From the IMG/VR virus record IMGVR_UViG_3300042879_004886: a DNA stretch of 64,000 bases; one strand, 5' to 3'. This stretch comes from an uncultured virus (IMG/VR IMGVR_UViG_3300042879_004886) (Duplodnaviria; Heunggongvirae; Uroviricota; Caudoviricetes). The notes beneath the pieces were generated by a model, which saw only the letters and a list, made by a program, of their open reading frames with translations, was not told the origin of the DNA and made no database searches. Shown here piece after piece: positions 19,726 to 28,163 of the stretch (the first letter of the stretch is position 1; the number at the start of each line of letters is the position of its first letter). A program made the position numbers and the translations under genes.

Positions 19726-20250
19726 TTACTGCCAGGGATGAACTGCCGGATTTGAGGGAACCCAAACACCCTGAGAAGGACTCCAGACAAAAACTGTTCC
19801 GTCAGCATCTCTCCAAAAGTATGTATTTCCAATAGAAAAAACTCCACCGCCCTCGCGGCCTATTACTTCTCCATTTGGATGAATTAATGGTGGATTATCT
19901 GAATATTGTGGTCCACTTGGTGCGTGTGATGGTATTTTTCCTGGTCTTGGTTCATTGAATCCGTGTGGATATCTGTAGCGTTGGCCGGGAATTGGTTGAA
20001 TGTCATCCGCCCCGGGTCTGGGTCTTCTGGGCCCATGAGGAGTAACATTCGGATCTCTTGGTCTAAACAAATCGTCCAACCATTTACCAAGTCCAAGCAT
20101 TTCAGCTTGATTTATTATATTAGATTGATTTGTTGTAGTATCACCACTATCTGTTTGTGCAACAACTTCATTTAATAAATTTTGATAATAATTTAACTCT
20201 TGCTCTAAGAGCATTGATTTATTTTTATAATATTGCGTCAAATAGTTCAT
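19726..20250 (-). CDS. MNYLTxYYKN-leader family protein
   Basis: Starts MNYLTQYYKNKSMLLEQELNYYQNLLNE. Confidence 0.75.
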   Translation of the reverse strand: MNYLTQYYKNKSMLLEQELNYYQNLLNEVVAQTDSGDTTTNQSNIINQAEMLGLGKWLDDLFRPRDPNVTPHGPRRPRPGADDIQPIPGQRYRYPHGFNEPRPGKIPSHAPSGPQYSDNPPLIHPNGEVIGREGGGVFSIGNTYFWRDADGTVFVWSPSQGVWVPSNPAVHPWQ

Positions 20251-20255
20251 GGAAA

Positions 20256-20269
20256 TATTTATATAAATA
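20256..20269. promoter_or_regulatory. Palindromic bidirectional late promoter TATTTATATAAATA
   Basis: Perfect 14-bp palindrome holding TATAAATA on both strands, 5 nt from each of two divergent ATGs. Confidence 0.75.
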
Positions 20270-20274
20270 AATTT

Positions 20275-20760
20275 ATGAATTACTTGACAAATTACTACAA
20301 AAATTTATGTGAGCAACTTCAAGAAAAAATTAACATCCTTGAGGCTGGTTACGCTAAAGCTATACTTTCTGGCAACAAAGAAAAAATGGAAAAAGAATTG
20401 GCAAGACAAAGGTATTTGGAAAAGTTTAAAGAAGAACTTTTAAATAAAGGTGTTGAAATAGGAACTGAAAACTTTGACACATTAGACCCAGAAGTAAAAA
20501 GACTGAGTAACCCTTCAGACGCAACAAGAATGGCACGTGTTATTGCCAGAATTGGTGTTGACAAAAAAAATAAAGAAAAAACACATCCTACAGGCATACA
20601 AGGACACAGAAAGAACATAGAAGACCTTGCAATGCAGCTAGACTCAGAACATCCCCTTCCCGGAAGAAGAAGAAGAATTACCGTAGCAGAACTTCCTGCA
20701 GAAAGTCCATTTGGCACCGATATTGGTGGACCAATGCATATTACTCCTTCTCAATATTAA
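20275..20760 (+). CDS. MNYLTNYYKN-leader family protein
   Basis: Starts MNYLTNYYKNLCEQLQEKINILEA. Confidence 0.8.
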   Translation: MNYLTNYYKNLCEQLQEKINILEAGYAKAILSGNKEKMEKELARQRYLEKFKEELLNKGVEIGTENFDTLDPEVKRLSNPSDATRMARVIARIGVDKKNKEKTHPTGIQGHRKNIEDLAMQLDSEHPLPGRRRRITVAELPAESPFGTDIGGPMHITPSQY

Positions 20761-20768
20761 ATAATATT

Positions 20769-21377
20769 ATGCATTACCTAACAAACTACTACAAAAATCT
20801 CTCAGAACAGCTTCAAGAGAAAATTTTTGAATTGGAAAAATCTTTAAATGAAGTAGTTCGACCAACTTTTATTCCCTTGACCACCGCATATGATGACAGC
20901 GGTGAACAACCACCACAGGTAGCAACATTGACCGATGCCGAAGAAGAAGAATTGCTTAAAGTGGACAGTTACGGTGGCAGATATCCAAACAAAGAATACG
21001 CACAACATGACAGGGCATGGAGAGCATATGACAAGGGAATAAGCGACATCAACACCTCATTGTTTCTCAACAAGCACAGAGCAAAACAAGATCTTTTGGC
21101 AAGAAATACATACCGTGGAAGACCACTTAGCAGCATGCCGGGATCCAAAACAGCACAAAATCTTTTAACTAATTTCGAAAGATCCTACCAAGATTCACCG
21201 GATTTAATGTCCCAAAAAGCGGGAAGAGAAATTCTTAAAAACTTGAGCATGCGCATACTCGACAAATCCGCTGGCGACAAAGAATTCCTTAATGCCGAAA
21301 AAGAAAGAATAGACCGCATTGCAGGTAGAAGACAGTCAAACAACAACTGGCCATATGGCACATACACTGGAGACTAA
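20769..21377 (+). CDS. MNYLTNYYKN-leader family protein
   Basis: Starts MHYLTNYYKNLSEQLQEKIFELEKSLNE. Confidence 0.8.
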   Translation: MHYLTNYYKNLSEQLQEKIFELEKSLNEVVRPTFIPLTTAYDDSGEQPPQVATLTDAEEEELLKVDSYGGRYPNKEYAQHDRAWRAYDKGISDINTSLFLNKHRAKQDLLARNTYRGRPLSSMPGSKTAQNLLTNFERSYQDSPDLMSQKAGREILKNLSMRILDKSAGDKEFLNAEKERIDRIAGRRQSNNNWPYGTYTGD

Positions 21378-21385
21378 ATAATTTT

Positions 21386-22126
21386 ATGAATTACCTAACA
21401 AACTACTACAAAAATTTATCGGAACAACTTCAAGAGAAAGTCAATTTTCTTGAAAGACAATTAGACGAAGCCTATGTTCTAAGCCCCTATCAAAAACTTG
21501 CAGGCAGTAAGACTAGTTACGATGCCGGTGTCCGACAAACACGCATGGATCAAGGACGAAAGAGAGCCAATATTTTGGGACAGATGATGGCTGCTCATAC
21601 GTATGACGCGGTCAATGATCATGAAAGAGCGGCAATAGCAAACATTATTGCAGATACTCATTCTTCAGTTCCACAAAGATCTAATTGGGCTCATGCAGGT
21701 TTTCATGCATTCGCTCCATCAGAAGGAAGAGCTGGAACACAAGCATCTGGTCAAGATTTACGAGTTGCCTTGGGAGCAATTAAGCGTTTGGGCAAAGATG
21801 CAAAATTTGCACAACATGTTACAGACACAGTTGCTGCAGAACTTCCAGGTACCATGGTAGATCGTGGATATATGGAAGACATGATGGCAGACAAAGATTA
21901 TCCCCAATTTGGTGCCAGAGATGCAAATCGCCTCGGAAATGTATCAAGAAGTCTTGCCGCAAATCTTCCAGCATCCACTAGTCCTTCAGCAGCAACAACA
22001 GAATTTGGCGCAAGAATGAATGCCATATACCCGGGAGACGAACGAGATTACGGCCCAAACGAATACAGCCACTATGTTCCAATGGATGTAGTTACACGTA
22101 TGTCTAAGCGTATGAAAGGAAAGTAA
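21386..22126 (+). CDS. MNYLTNYYKN-leader family protein
   Basis: Starts MNYLTNYYKNLSEQLQEKVNFLERQLDE. Confidence 0.8.
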   Translation: MNYLTNYYKNLSEQLQEKVNFLERQLDEAYVLSPYQKLAGSKTSYDAGVRQTRMDQGRKRANILGQMMAAHTYDAVNDHERAAIANIIADTHSSVPQRSNWAHAGFHAFAPSEGRAGTQASGQDLRVALGAIKRLGKDAKFAQHVTDTVAAELPGTMVDRGYMEDMMADKDYPQFGARDANRLGNVSRSLAANLPASTSPSAATTEFGARMNAIYPGDERDYGPNEYSHYVPMDVVTRMSKRMKGK

Positions 22127-22148
22127 AAATAATCTAAAAAACGGAAAT

Positions 22149-22182
22149 ATAACGGAGTCCAGAAAAGGCTCCGTTATTTTTT
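22149..22182 (+). terminator. Intrinsic terminator
   Basis: ATAACGGAG-N11-CTCCGTTAT followed by a T run. Confidence 0.7.
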
Positions 22183-22230
22183 CGCCGGAAACCTTTTTTA
22201 ACAAAATTTTTATATCCGCTAAATAATATT

Positions 22231-22758
22231 ATGAACTATTTAACAAACTACTACAAAAATTTATCGGAACAACTTCAAGAGAAAGTAAATCATCTCACCA
22301 AATTGCTTGAAGCATCTGCTGTCACGTCCAGGGAGATGCAAAGAAGAAGGGAACTGGAGCAAGCTGCAATGAACCCATCCAATGCACTGACGCCAATTCC
22401 CCAAAACATGAAACAAAGGGAAGCTGAAGAGGATTCAATGATAAAAACTTCCCGGGCAAACCGAGAAGAAGAAAGAGCAAGCTTTAAACGCAACACGAAT
22501 GCGCTTGCGGGTCTTGCGGTTCCACTAGCGATAACAGCAGCACCGAGTCCAGCAGCTGCCCTCGTAGCAGGAGTAGGATTTGGCGCAGCACAACTTGGGC
22601 AACACATCGGAAAAGAGATGGGATTGGATACAGCAGAAGACGATCTTGAACTTGAAAAAATAAGAAAAACTGCAGGAGCACTTCCATCGGATTATGAAAA
22701 AGCAGCAAGAGAAGCCGCTGCAAAAAGAAAAGAACGCGGAATCAAAACATACGACTAA
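22231..22758 (+). CDS. MNYLTNYYKN-leader family protein with an Ala/Gly hydrophobic hairpin
   Basis: Starts MNYLTNYYKNLSEQLQEKVNHLTKLLE; hydrophobic segment ALAGLAVPLAI...ALVAGVGFGAA. Confidence 0.8.
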   Translation: MNYLTNYYKNLSEQLQEKVNHLTKLLEASAVTSREMQRRRELEQAAMNPSNALTPIPQNMKQREAEEDSMIKTSRANREEERASFKRNTNALAGLAVPLAITAAPSPAAALVAGVGFGAAQLGQHIGKEMGLDTAEDDLELEKIRKTAGALPSDYEKAAREAAAKRKERGIKTYD

Positions 22759-22785
22759 ACAAAATCTAAAATTTTTAAATGAACC

Positions 22786-22817
22786 TTTTGGGCTCCTTCG
22801 GGGGCCCAAAATTTTTT
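22786..22817. terminator. Intrinsic terminator at the AT/GC boundary
   Basis: TTTTGGGCTCC-TTCG-GGGGCCCAAAA-TTTTTT. Confidence 0.8.
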
Positions 22818-22890
22818 ATGGCATATGGTGTAATTTGAGAAGAGGGGTCATGGGGTGGGGGTCTTTTAGTGGCTTGGATATTCTTCAAGG

Positions 22891-22925
22891 TTTTTTGAGA
22901 ATATTTGAGAAAATTTGAGAGACCC
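22891..22925 (+). repeat. Left arm of the imperfect inverted repeat flanking the early island (TTTGAGA x3, 10-bp period)
   Basis: TTTTTTGAGAATATTTGAGAAAATTTGAGAGACCC. Confidence 0.6.
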
Positions 22926-23090
22926 GGGGAGCTTAGCCGGTCCGATAAGGGTGGTGGAGATGGGACCCAAATCACTACTCGGACACGTGTTTCCCGAGAA
23001 CTTTCAAATTTATTTGAAAGTATAATTTCTTCAATAAACAACGATGGCCGGCGCTTCGCGCCGGCCATCGGAGGGCTGGGAGGACTGGGG

Positions 23091-23348
23091 TTACCAGTCC
23101 GGGTATTCCTCCTCGGGAACGTCCCATCCGTAGGGCCGCTCATCGTCGGCCTCGTACCCGGTGGGGTGGTCCCCATCGATGCCGGGGTCTTCCGGGGCCC
23201 ATTCGTCATCGGCCTCGTACCCGGCATCCATTTCCTCCACGCAAGTTTCGCAGAGGTCGTGGCTGTTGGGCGCGTCATCGCTGCAGCCGCAGCGGGGGCA
23301 CACGGGCTCGGGGCGGGGGGTTTCTTCGTTGTTGCAGGTGGTGCTCAT
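23091..23348 (-). CDS. Small acidic Cys-containing early protein
   Basis: TTGACA-N17-TATCAT-N6-ATG; CPRCGC...CETC followed by a very acidic tail. Confidence 0.75.
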   Translation of the reverse strand: MSTTCNNEETPRPEPVCPRCGCSDDAPNSHDLCETCVEEMDAGYEADDEWAPEDPGIDGDHPTGYEADDERPYGWDVPEEEYPDW

Positions 23349-23462
23349 GCCCCTATGATAAGGGCAGGTGGGAAGTTTGTCAACCATTCCCCATTATATT
23401 TCTTCGAATGACCATGCCGGCCCCTACGGGGCCGGCATGGGGCTGGGTGGTAGGCGGTGGGC

Positions 23463-23720
23463 TTACATCTCGCCCCATCCCGCACTCGCTAGCCAGTCGT
23501 TATCGGCATCCCAGTCCTCCCGGCTCATGTTCCCGCAGGCATCCGCGAACGCCTGCTGATCCGCCTCATCGCAGCGCCTCTCCTGCTCCATGCGCTTCTC
23601 GCGCTCGCGCACCCGCTCCTCCTCGCACATCGGGCACAGGCTGTCCGTGTAGGCGTACTCGGGGCGGTGGCAGTCGCAGGGGAAGTGTTCGTGCTCGTGG
23701 TTGTCGGTAGGGGTGCTCAT
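23463..23720 (-). CDS. Small acidic Cys/His-containing early protein
   Basis: TTGACA-N17-TATCAT-N6-ATG; CDCH...CPMC followed by an acidic tail. Confidence 0.75.
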   Translation of the reverse strand: MSTPTDNHEHEHFPCDCHRPEYAYTDSLCPMCEEERVREREKRMEQERRCDEADQQAFADACGNMSREDWDADNDWLASAGWGEM

Positions 23721-23791
23721 GCCCCCATGATACGGCCTACCTGCGGTTGTGTCAACCCATTCAGAAAGAAATATTTCTTTCTCTAGGTCGC

Positions 23792-23820
23792 TTGACATAC
23801 CACCGGCCATCGATTACAAT
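23792..23820 (+). promoter_or_regulatory. sigma70-like early promoter producing a leaderless mRNA (representative of about 20 in the window)
   Basis: TTGACA(23792)-N17-TACAAT-N6-ATG(23827). Same geometry (N16/17 spacer) at 24190, 24910, 26031, 26613, 27245, 27901, 30181, 30647, 32440, 36142, 36530, 39346, 45257 and 47351. Confidence 0.85.
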
Positions 23821-23826
23821 GGGTGC

Positions 23827-24174
23827 ATGAGCACCATCGACACGCGCCCCATCATCCTTCCCCTCGTCTTCAACGCCTCGCACCCGCGCTACGCCGACAA
23901 CCGGGCCATGCTGTACACCGCGCTCAACGCGGGCTGGGTCTGCCTCCAGTACCGGAAGACCGATGGCGTGATCGCCACGCGCATGGCCACGCGCAACCCC
24001 TCCATTGTCAAGGCCTTTGGCACGGACGATGACATCGAGAACCTCGCCACGGACAACGCCTACCCCGCGTCCATCCTGTACTTCGACCACTCGGCGGGCG
24101 GGCTGCGTTCCTTCCGCGTGGATAGCATCCACGAAGCGTTCATCCCCTCCGCGCCCCCGGAGATCAACCACTAA
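23827..24174 (+). CDS. SH3/WYL_2 (DUF2693)-like protein
   Basis: WVCLQYRKTDG..TRMATRN...YFDHSAGGLRSFRVDSI. Confidence 0.75.
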   Translation: MSTIDTRPIILPLVFNASHPRYADNRAMLYTALNAGWVCLQYRKTDGVIATRMATRNPSIVKAFGTDDDIENLATDNAYPASILYFDHSAGGLRSFRVDSIHEAFIPSAPPEINH

Positions 24175-24224
24175 ATCTTTCCGGGTCGCTTGACAACTCG
24201 CACCACCTACGGTACAATAGAACC

Positions 24225-24470
24225 ATGAAGCGCACCACCATCAAGCAAGTCAACGAAGCCCTCGCCTGCCTCAACATCCACCTCGGCGTGAAGTCTGGCG
24301 AGAAGGGTTCCTTCTGCCTCCAGGGAGCCTACGGCGGGTGGCAACTCCAGCGCCACTCCGAAGCCGGGATCGTGGGCATCGGCGGGTTCAAGTCGAAGCG
24401 TGAGGTGTACGAGATGATCCACAACATCGCCTACGGCGTCCTCATCGCGCCCCGGAGGGACATGATCTAA
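24225..24470 (+). CDS. Hypothetical early protein
   Basis: Leaderless promoter; LQGAYGGWQL..GFKSKREVY motif common in phage early genes. Confidence 0.75.
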   Translation: MKRTTIKQVNEALACLNIHLGVKSGEKGSFCLQGAYGGWQLQRHSEAGIVGIGGFKSKREVYEMIHNIAYGVLIAPRRDMI

Positions 24471-24545
24471 CGAGGTGGTGCTCGTAACAGCCGAAAAGGA
24501 TTCGCTCCCTGCCCCGATTCGTTCGGGGCTAGGCTGTTTATGGGG

Positions 24546-24615
24546 CTACTATCAGGCCGGCGCGCAGCGCCGGCCTGAGTCCGTTCACCGGCTCGCTTCG
24601 CTCGCCGGATAGTAG
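24546..24615. repeat. CTACTATC...GATAGTAG palindromic element, copy 1
   Basis: CTACTATCAGGCCGGCGC-GCA-GCGCCGGCCTGA...CCGGATAGTAGTCC. Confidence 0.85.
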
Positions 24616-24621
24616 TCCGCG

Positions 24622-24828
24622 CTAGCGGACGCCGTCTCTCCGTTCAAGGTACGCGATCTTGCTCCGAATGTACGCCAGTTCGCGCTCCATTTCTTCTTCA
24701 ATGATGCTCGGTCCTTCCGGAAACCACGCCCACGCCTTCTTCGGGAAACAATCCGCGTCTCCCACCGGGCATCCCCGATCCGGGTCGTAGTCGCAGTCGC
24801 GTCCGCAAATGTGTTCGGGCTGGCGCAT
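24622..24828 (-). CDS. Small Cys-containing early protein
   Basis: TTGACA-N17-TATCAT-N6-ATG on the minus strand. Confidence 0.7.
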   Translation of the reverse strand: MRQPEHICGRDCDYDPDRGCPVGDADCFPKKAWAWFPEGPSIIEEEMERELAYIRSKIAYLERRDGVR

Positions 24829-24944
24829 GCCCCCATGATACCACGCTCCGCGCCATTTGTCAATCCCAAACGGCAGAACGATTTATTACATTTATTCTTC
24901 GCGCATCGGTTGACAGATTCCCGCGCCCATGATATCATAGGGGC

Positions 24945-25514
24945 ATGTCGCGCACCACCACCACCGCCCGCTACGAAACCGTTCGCACCCGCGCCACCGA
25001 GTCGTTCATCGCGCTCCTGTCCCGCGCCACCGTGGCCGATTACCACGCGGCCCGCGCATGGTACACCGAGGCCAACGCGTTCGCTGAGTCGCTGACCATC
25101 CTGCGCCCGGAGTGGAGCATGGAAGTCGCGGCCAGCGTTGTCTCCGCGTTCTCGCCCCGCGTGACTTGGGCGCACAATAAGGCCAAGGCGCTCCAGTACG
25201 CGCAGGGCATCACGCCGAAGGGACTGCGCTCCCATGTGGCCGCTGCGGATCGGTGCTGCACGGAGGGCTTCAACGGCCTGAAGGGGCCGAAGACGAACGC
25301 GTTTGCCCGCGCCATCGCGGGGGATTCGGGCGCGGTCGTGGTCGATGTGTGGATGTGTCGCGCTGCCGACCTTGGCAAGGACGCGCCCACGGCCACCGAG
25401 TACCGGGCCATCGCGGACGCTATCCGCAGCATCGCGGCCACGCCGACCGTGTGCATGGCCCCGGCCACGCTGCAGGCTCTGCTTTGGATCATCGTCCGGG
25501 GAAAGGCCGACTAA
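24945..25514 (+). CDS. Conserved phage early protein (DUF7178-like, possibly glycosylase-related)
   Basis: ARAWY..., SAFSPRVTW..N, GPKTNAF, AVVVDVWM, LQALLW. Confidence 0.7.
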   Translation: MSRTTTTARYETVRTRATESFIALLSRATVADYHAARAWYTEANAFAESLTILRPEWSMEVAASVVSAFSPRVTWAHNKAKALQYAQGITPKGLRSHVAAADRCCTEGFNGLKGPKTNAFARAIAGDSGAVVVDVWMCRAADLGKDAPTATEYRAIADAIRSIAATPTVCMAPATLQALLWIIVRGKAD

Positions 25515-25762
25515 TGACTACACTCGCTCCCATTCGCAAGCGTACCACGCGGGTCGAGTTCTCCGCCCGTGAACTGGCCCTAATCGACGCGGCAATGTTC
25601 GACGCGTTGGTTAGACTCCTCAAGGATTCAAAGGCGTTCGACATTACCGACACGCAGGACGATGATGCGCTGATGGAGTGTCGCATGGATGCGAACGCGA
25701 TCAAGGGAATCCAGAGCAAACTGGATTTCGCCAGAAAGCAAATCGAACTGGAGGCCAAGTAA
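25514..25762 (+). CDS. Hypothetical protein
   Basis: TAATG coupling; MTTLAPIRK... Confidence 0.65.
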   Translation: MTTLAPIRKRTTRVEFSARELALIDAAMFDALVRLLKDSKAFDITDTQDDDALMECRMDANAIKGIQSKLDFARKQIELEAK

Positions 25763-25902
25763 TGAACAACCGACCCGGACGATTCGTGCACGATGCCTTC
25801 CGCCAAGGGATAAGGCTACGCCCCAAGACCTGGGGAAAGAAGAGCCGCGATCCTCGGGCTTTGAGGAGGGACGGAAAGCGGGAACTGGCCCGGGAGGGCT
25901 AG
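25762..25902 (+). CDS. Small basic protein
   Basis: TAATG coupling; MNNRPGRF... Confidence 0.55.
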   Translation: MNNRPGRFVHDAFRQGIRLRPKTWGKKSRDPRALRRDGKRELAREG

Positions 25903-25905
25903 GGA

Positions 25906-25971
25906 CTACTATCCGGGCCGGCCAAGGGCCGGCCCGGAGCTCCCCCGTTATCGGACGCCCCCTGATAGTAG
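25906..25971. repeat. CTACTATC...GATAGTAG element, copy 2
   Basis: CTACTATCCGGGCCGGCC-AAG-GGCCGGCCCGGA...GTTATCGGAC...CTGATAGTAG. Confidence 0.85.
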
Positions 25972-26065
25972 CCCAGGACGCGCCGGCGCAGGACGCGTTA
26001 TCGGCCCCCGAAATAATTTCTCCAAATCGCTAGACAGAATGCCCGCCATCGGTTACAATGGGTGC

Positions 26066-26449
26066 ATGAGCACCGCCTCCAACATCCCCGCCGCCTTCAT
26101 CCCCGCCTCCCTGACGCAGCCGATCACGGTCGTGCAGATCACCCGCGAACTGCGCTCCATGTACCCGATCATCGGCTGCGAGATCGTGGAGCGCGTGTCC
26201 CTCAACAAGAACTACCGCGCGGCCCTGTGGGTCGATGAGATGGGCCTCCTCCGGGACGCGCCCCTCAACCTGCGCGCCTCCTGCATCGCGGGCCGTCACA
26301 TCTACGGTGACGCGATCATGGCCGGGGAGTGCGCGGACACCTTCGACATCGTTCCCCTCTCCATCGCCTGCCCGAAGGTGTTCTTCGATGCGGTGGAGCA
26401 GGAGGCCCGCACCATCCTCAAGAACCTCAGCGAGCAGGAGGCGACCTGA
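26066..26449 (+). CDS. DUF3846-like phage protein
   Basis: IIGCEIVERV...LWVDEMGLL...LNLRAS...IYGDAIM; leaderless promoter. Confidence 0.75.
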   Translation: MSTASNIPAAFIPASLTQPITVVQITRELRSMYPIIGCEIVERVSLNKNYRAALWVDEMGLLRDAPLNLRASCIAGRHIYGDAIMAGECADTFDIVPLSIACPKVFFDAVEQEARTILKNLSEQEAT

Positions 26450-26647
26450 CCCCCGGATGGGGGAGGGGTTGAGAGAAATCTCCCCCTCCCCTTTAAAACC
26501 TACTGAAGGGGCATTCTAGACTTCCCCTTCCAAAGTCTGCTCCGAAGGGTAGGCAGACCACGAGAGGTTCTAGGTGATCCTCTCAATGATTAAAAAAAAT
26601 CGTTCGACCCGCTTGACAAACGCACCTCGACCCGATACAATAGGGAC

Positions 26648-26884
26648 ATGACGAACAGCACCACCCAACTCCCGGAAATCGAAATCCCGCCCGCCAACGA
26701 CTTCGGCATGGCCTTCGCCTACGGACTGGTCAACGGCTTCACCTTGGGCCTCGAAAACTCGCTCCGCAACGGTCGCTCCGACAAGTGTGTGCGGGAGGAG
26801 GCCGAGCGGTTCATCCGCTATGTCCGCGCGGTCGAGGTGGCCGTCACCCGGTGGCAGGATGCCCGCCGAAACAACCCCGCCTAA
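26648..26884 (+). CDS. Hypothetical early protein
   Basis: Leaderless promoter at 26613. Confidence 0.7.
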   Translation: MTNSTTQLPEIEIPPANDFGMAFAYGLVNGFTLGLENSLRNGRSDKCVREEAERFIRYVRAVEVAVTRWQDARRNNPA

Positions 26885-26955
26885 AGGGTGGTGCTAGGGG
26901 GGTGGAGGCTTGTTGCCCCGCCCCCCACCCGACCCCTCCAAGAAAGAAAAAGAAA

Positions 26956-27243
26956 ATGAACCCGACTCAAGAAATCGCCCGTGTCGTTCGCACCGCCCTC
27001 TCCAACGGAGAGATCATCAGCGTCACCTTCCGAAAGGTGGACGGAACCACAACCCACGACCGCAAGATCACGCGGAACCTGATCGTGATTCCGAAGGACA
27101 AGCATCCCAAGTTTGTGCGCGGTGAGAACCCGCACTACATCACCGCGTTCGACACCAAGAAAGGCGACTGGATTCGCTTCCACGAGGATTCCATTGTTGG
27201 TGTGATGGACTTCAGCCGTGAAGCAGAAATAGTTACTGCGTGA
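26956..27243 (+). CDS. SH3/WYL_2 (DUF2693)-like protein
   Basis: ISVTFRKVDGT..DRKITRN...AFDTKKGDWIRF. Confidence 0.75.
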   Translation: MNPTQEIARVVRTALSNGEIISVTFRKVDGTTTHDRKITRNLIVIPKDKHPKFVRGENPHYITAFDTKKGDWIRFHEDSIVGVMDFSREAEIVTA

Positions 27244-27279
27244 CTTGACATTCGCACCACCAACAGGTAAAATAGCACC

Positions 27280-27654
27280 ATGAACAAGCCCACCCGAATC
27301 CCGGCAATCGACGCCCTCGCCCTCAACCTCGCCCTCTGCCTCGCTATGGTCAAGGACACGAAGAAGGACGCGGAGGAGACGAACGCCGCCCTCGCCTTCT
27401 GCGAACTCGCCGTCAGCCTGCCCCCGGCATGGTTCACCGCAACGGAGCGTGAGATCGTGGTCGCTCTCATCAAGGAACTCTACGGCAACCCCCACGACTT
27501 CATCAACGCTCTCTCCGATGGCAGCGTGTCCTACTACAACCACATGATCGCCAAGATGCGCGCCAAGGGCGAGGAGATGGCGGTGGACTTGGACGAGGCG
27601 GTGGGAAAACTCGTGGACATGCACCTCGCGCAGTACGGTGCGCCCGTGATCTGA
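27280..27654 (+). CDS. Hypothetical early protein
   Basis: Leaderless promoter at 27245. Confidence 0.7.
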   Translation: MNKPTRIPAIDALALNLALCLAMVKDTKKDAEETNAALAFCELAVSLPPAWFTATEREIVVALIKELYGNPHDFINALSDGSVSYYNHMIAKMRAKGEEMAVDLDEAVGKLVDMHLAQYGAPVI

Positions 27655-27784
27655 ACCAATAACACCAGGCGCCTCGCGCAGCGCAAACCCGAAGAGATTT
27701 GCAAGTTTCTTTGGGCACAGGGAGTACGGTGCTTCCTTCAAGACCTCTGGCCCGCCCTCTTTAGAGCGGGCCATGTCCTTTGGG

Positions 27785-27852
27785 CTACTATCAGCGGCCC
27801 CTAAGGCCGCTGATTTTATTGGACGGCTCGGATGCCCCTCGCCTGATAGTAG
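27785..27852. repeat. CTACTATC...GATAGTAG element, copy 3
   Basis: CTACTATCAGCGGCC-CCTAA-GGCCGCTGA...CTGATAGTAG. Confidence 0.85.
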
Positions 27853-27935
27853 CCGGCCCGGACCCCTTGGACCGATAATAAAAAATATTCCCCGGTTTGC
27901 TTGACGGGACACCTTTTATGCCTTATCATGGGGGC

Positions 27936-28163
27936 ATGACCAACCCCGACCACATTCCGTATGACGAGTCCGATCTCTACGACACCAACGATGCCATCGT
28001 TGAACTGATGAACGAGGGCTACAGCCGTGATGAGGCCACCCGCATGGTGGGCGACTACGACCCGGAGGAGTACGAGGGCAGCGAGGTCGATCTTGACCGG
28101 GATGTTCCCGACATGGATGACTTCGATGCCGATGAGTTCGTTGACGAGGAGGACTTCGATTGA
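27936..28163 (+). CDS. Highly acidic small early protein
   Basis: Leaderless promoter at 27901; D/E-rich. Confidence 0.75.
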   Translation: MTNPDHIPYDESDLYDTNDAIVELMNEGYSRDEATRMVGDYDPEEYEGSEVDLDRDVPDMDDFDADEFVDEEDFD

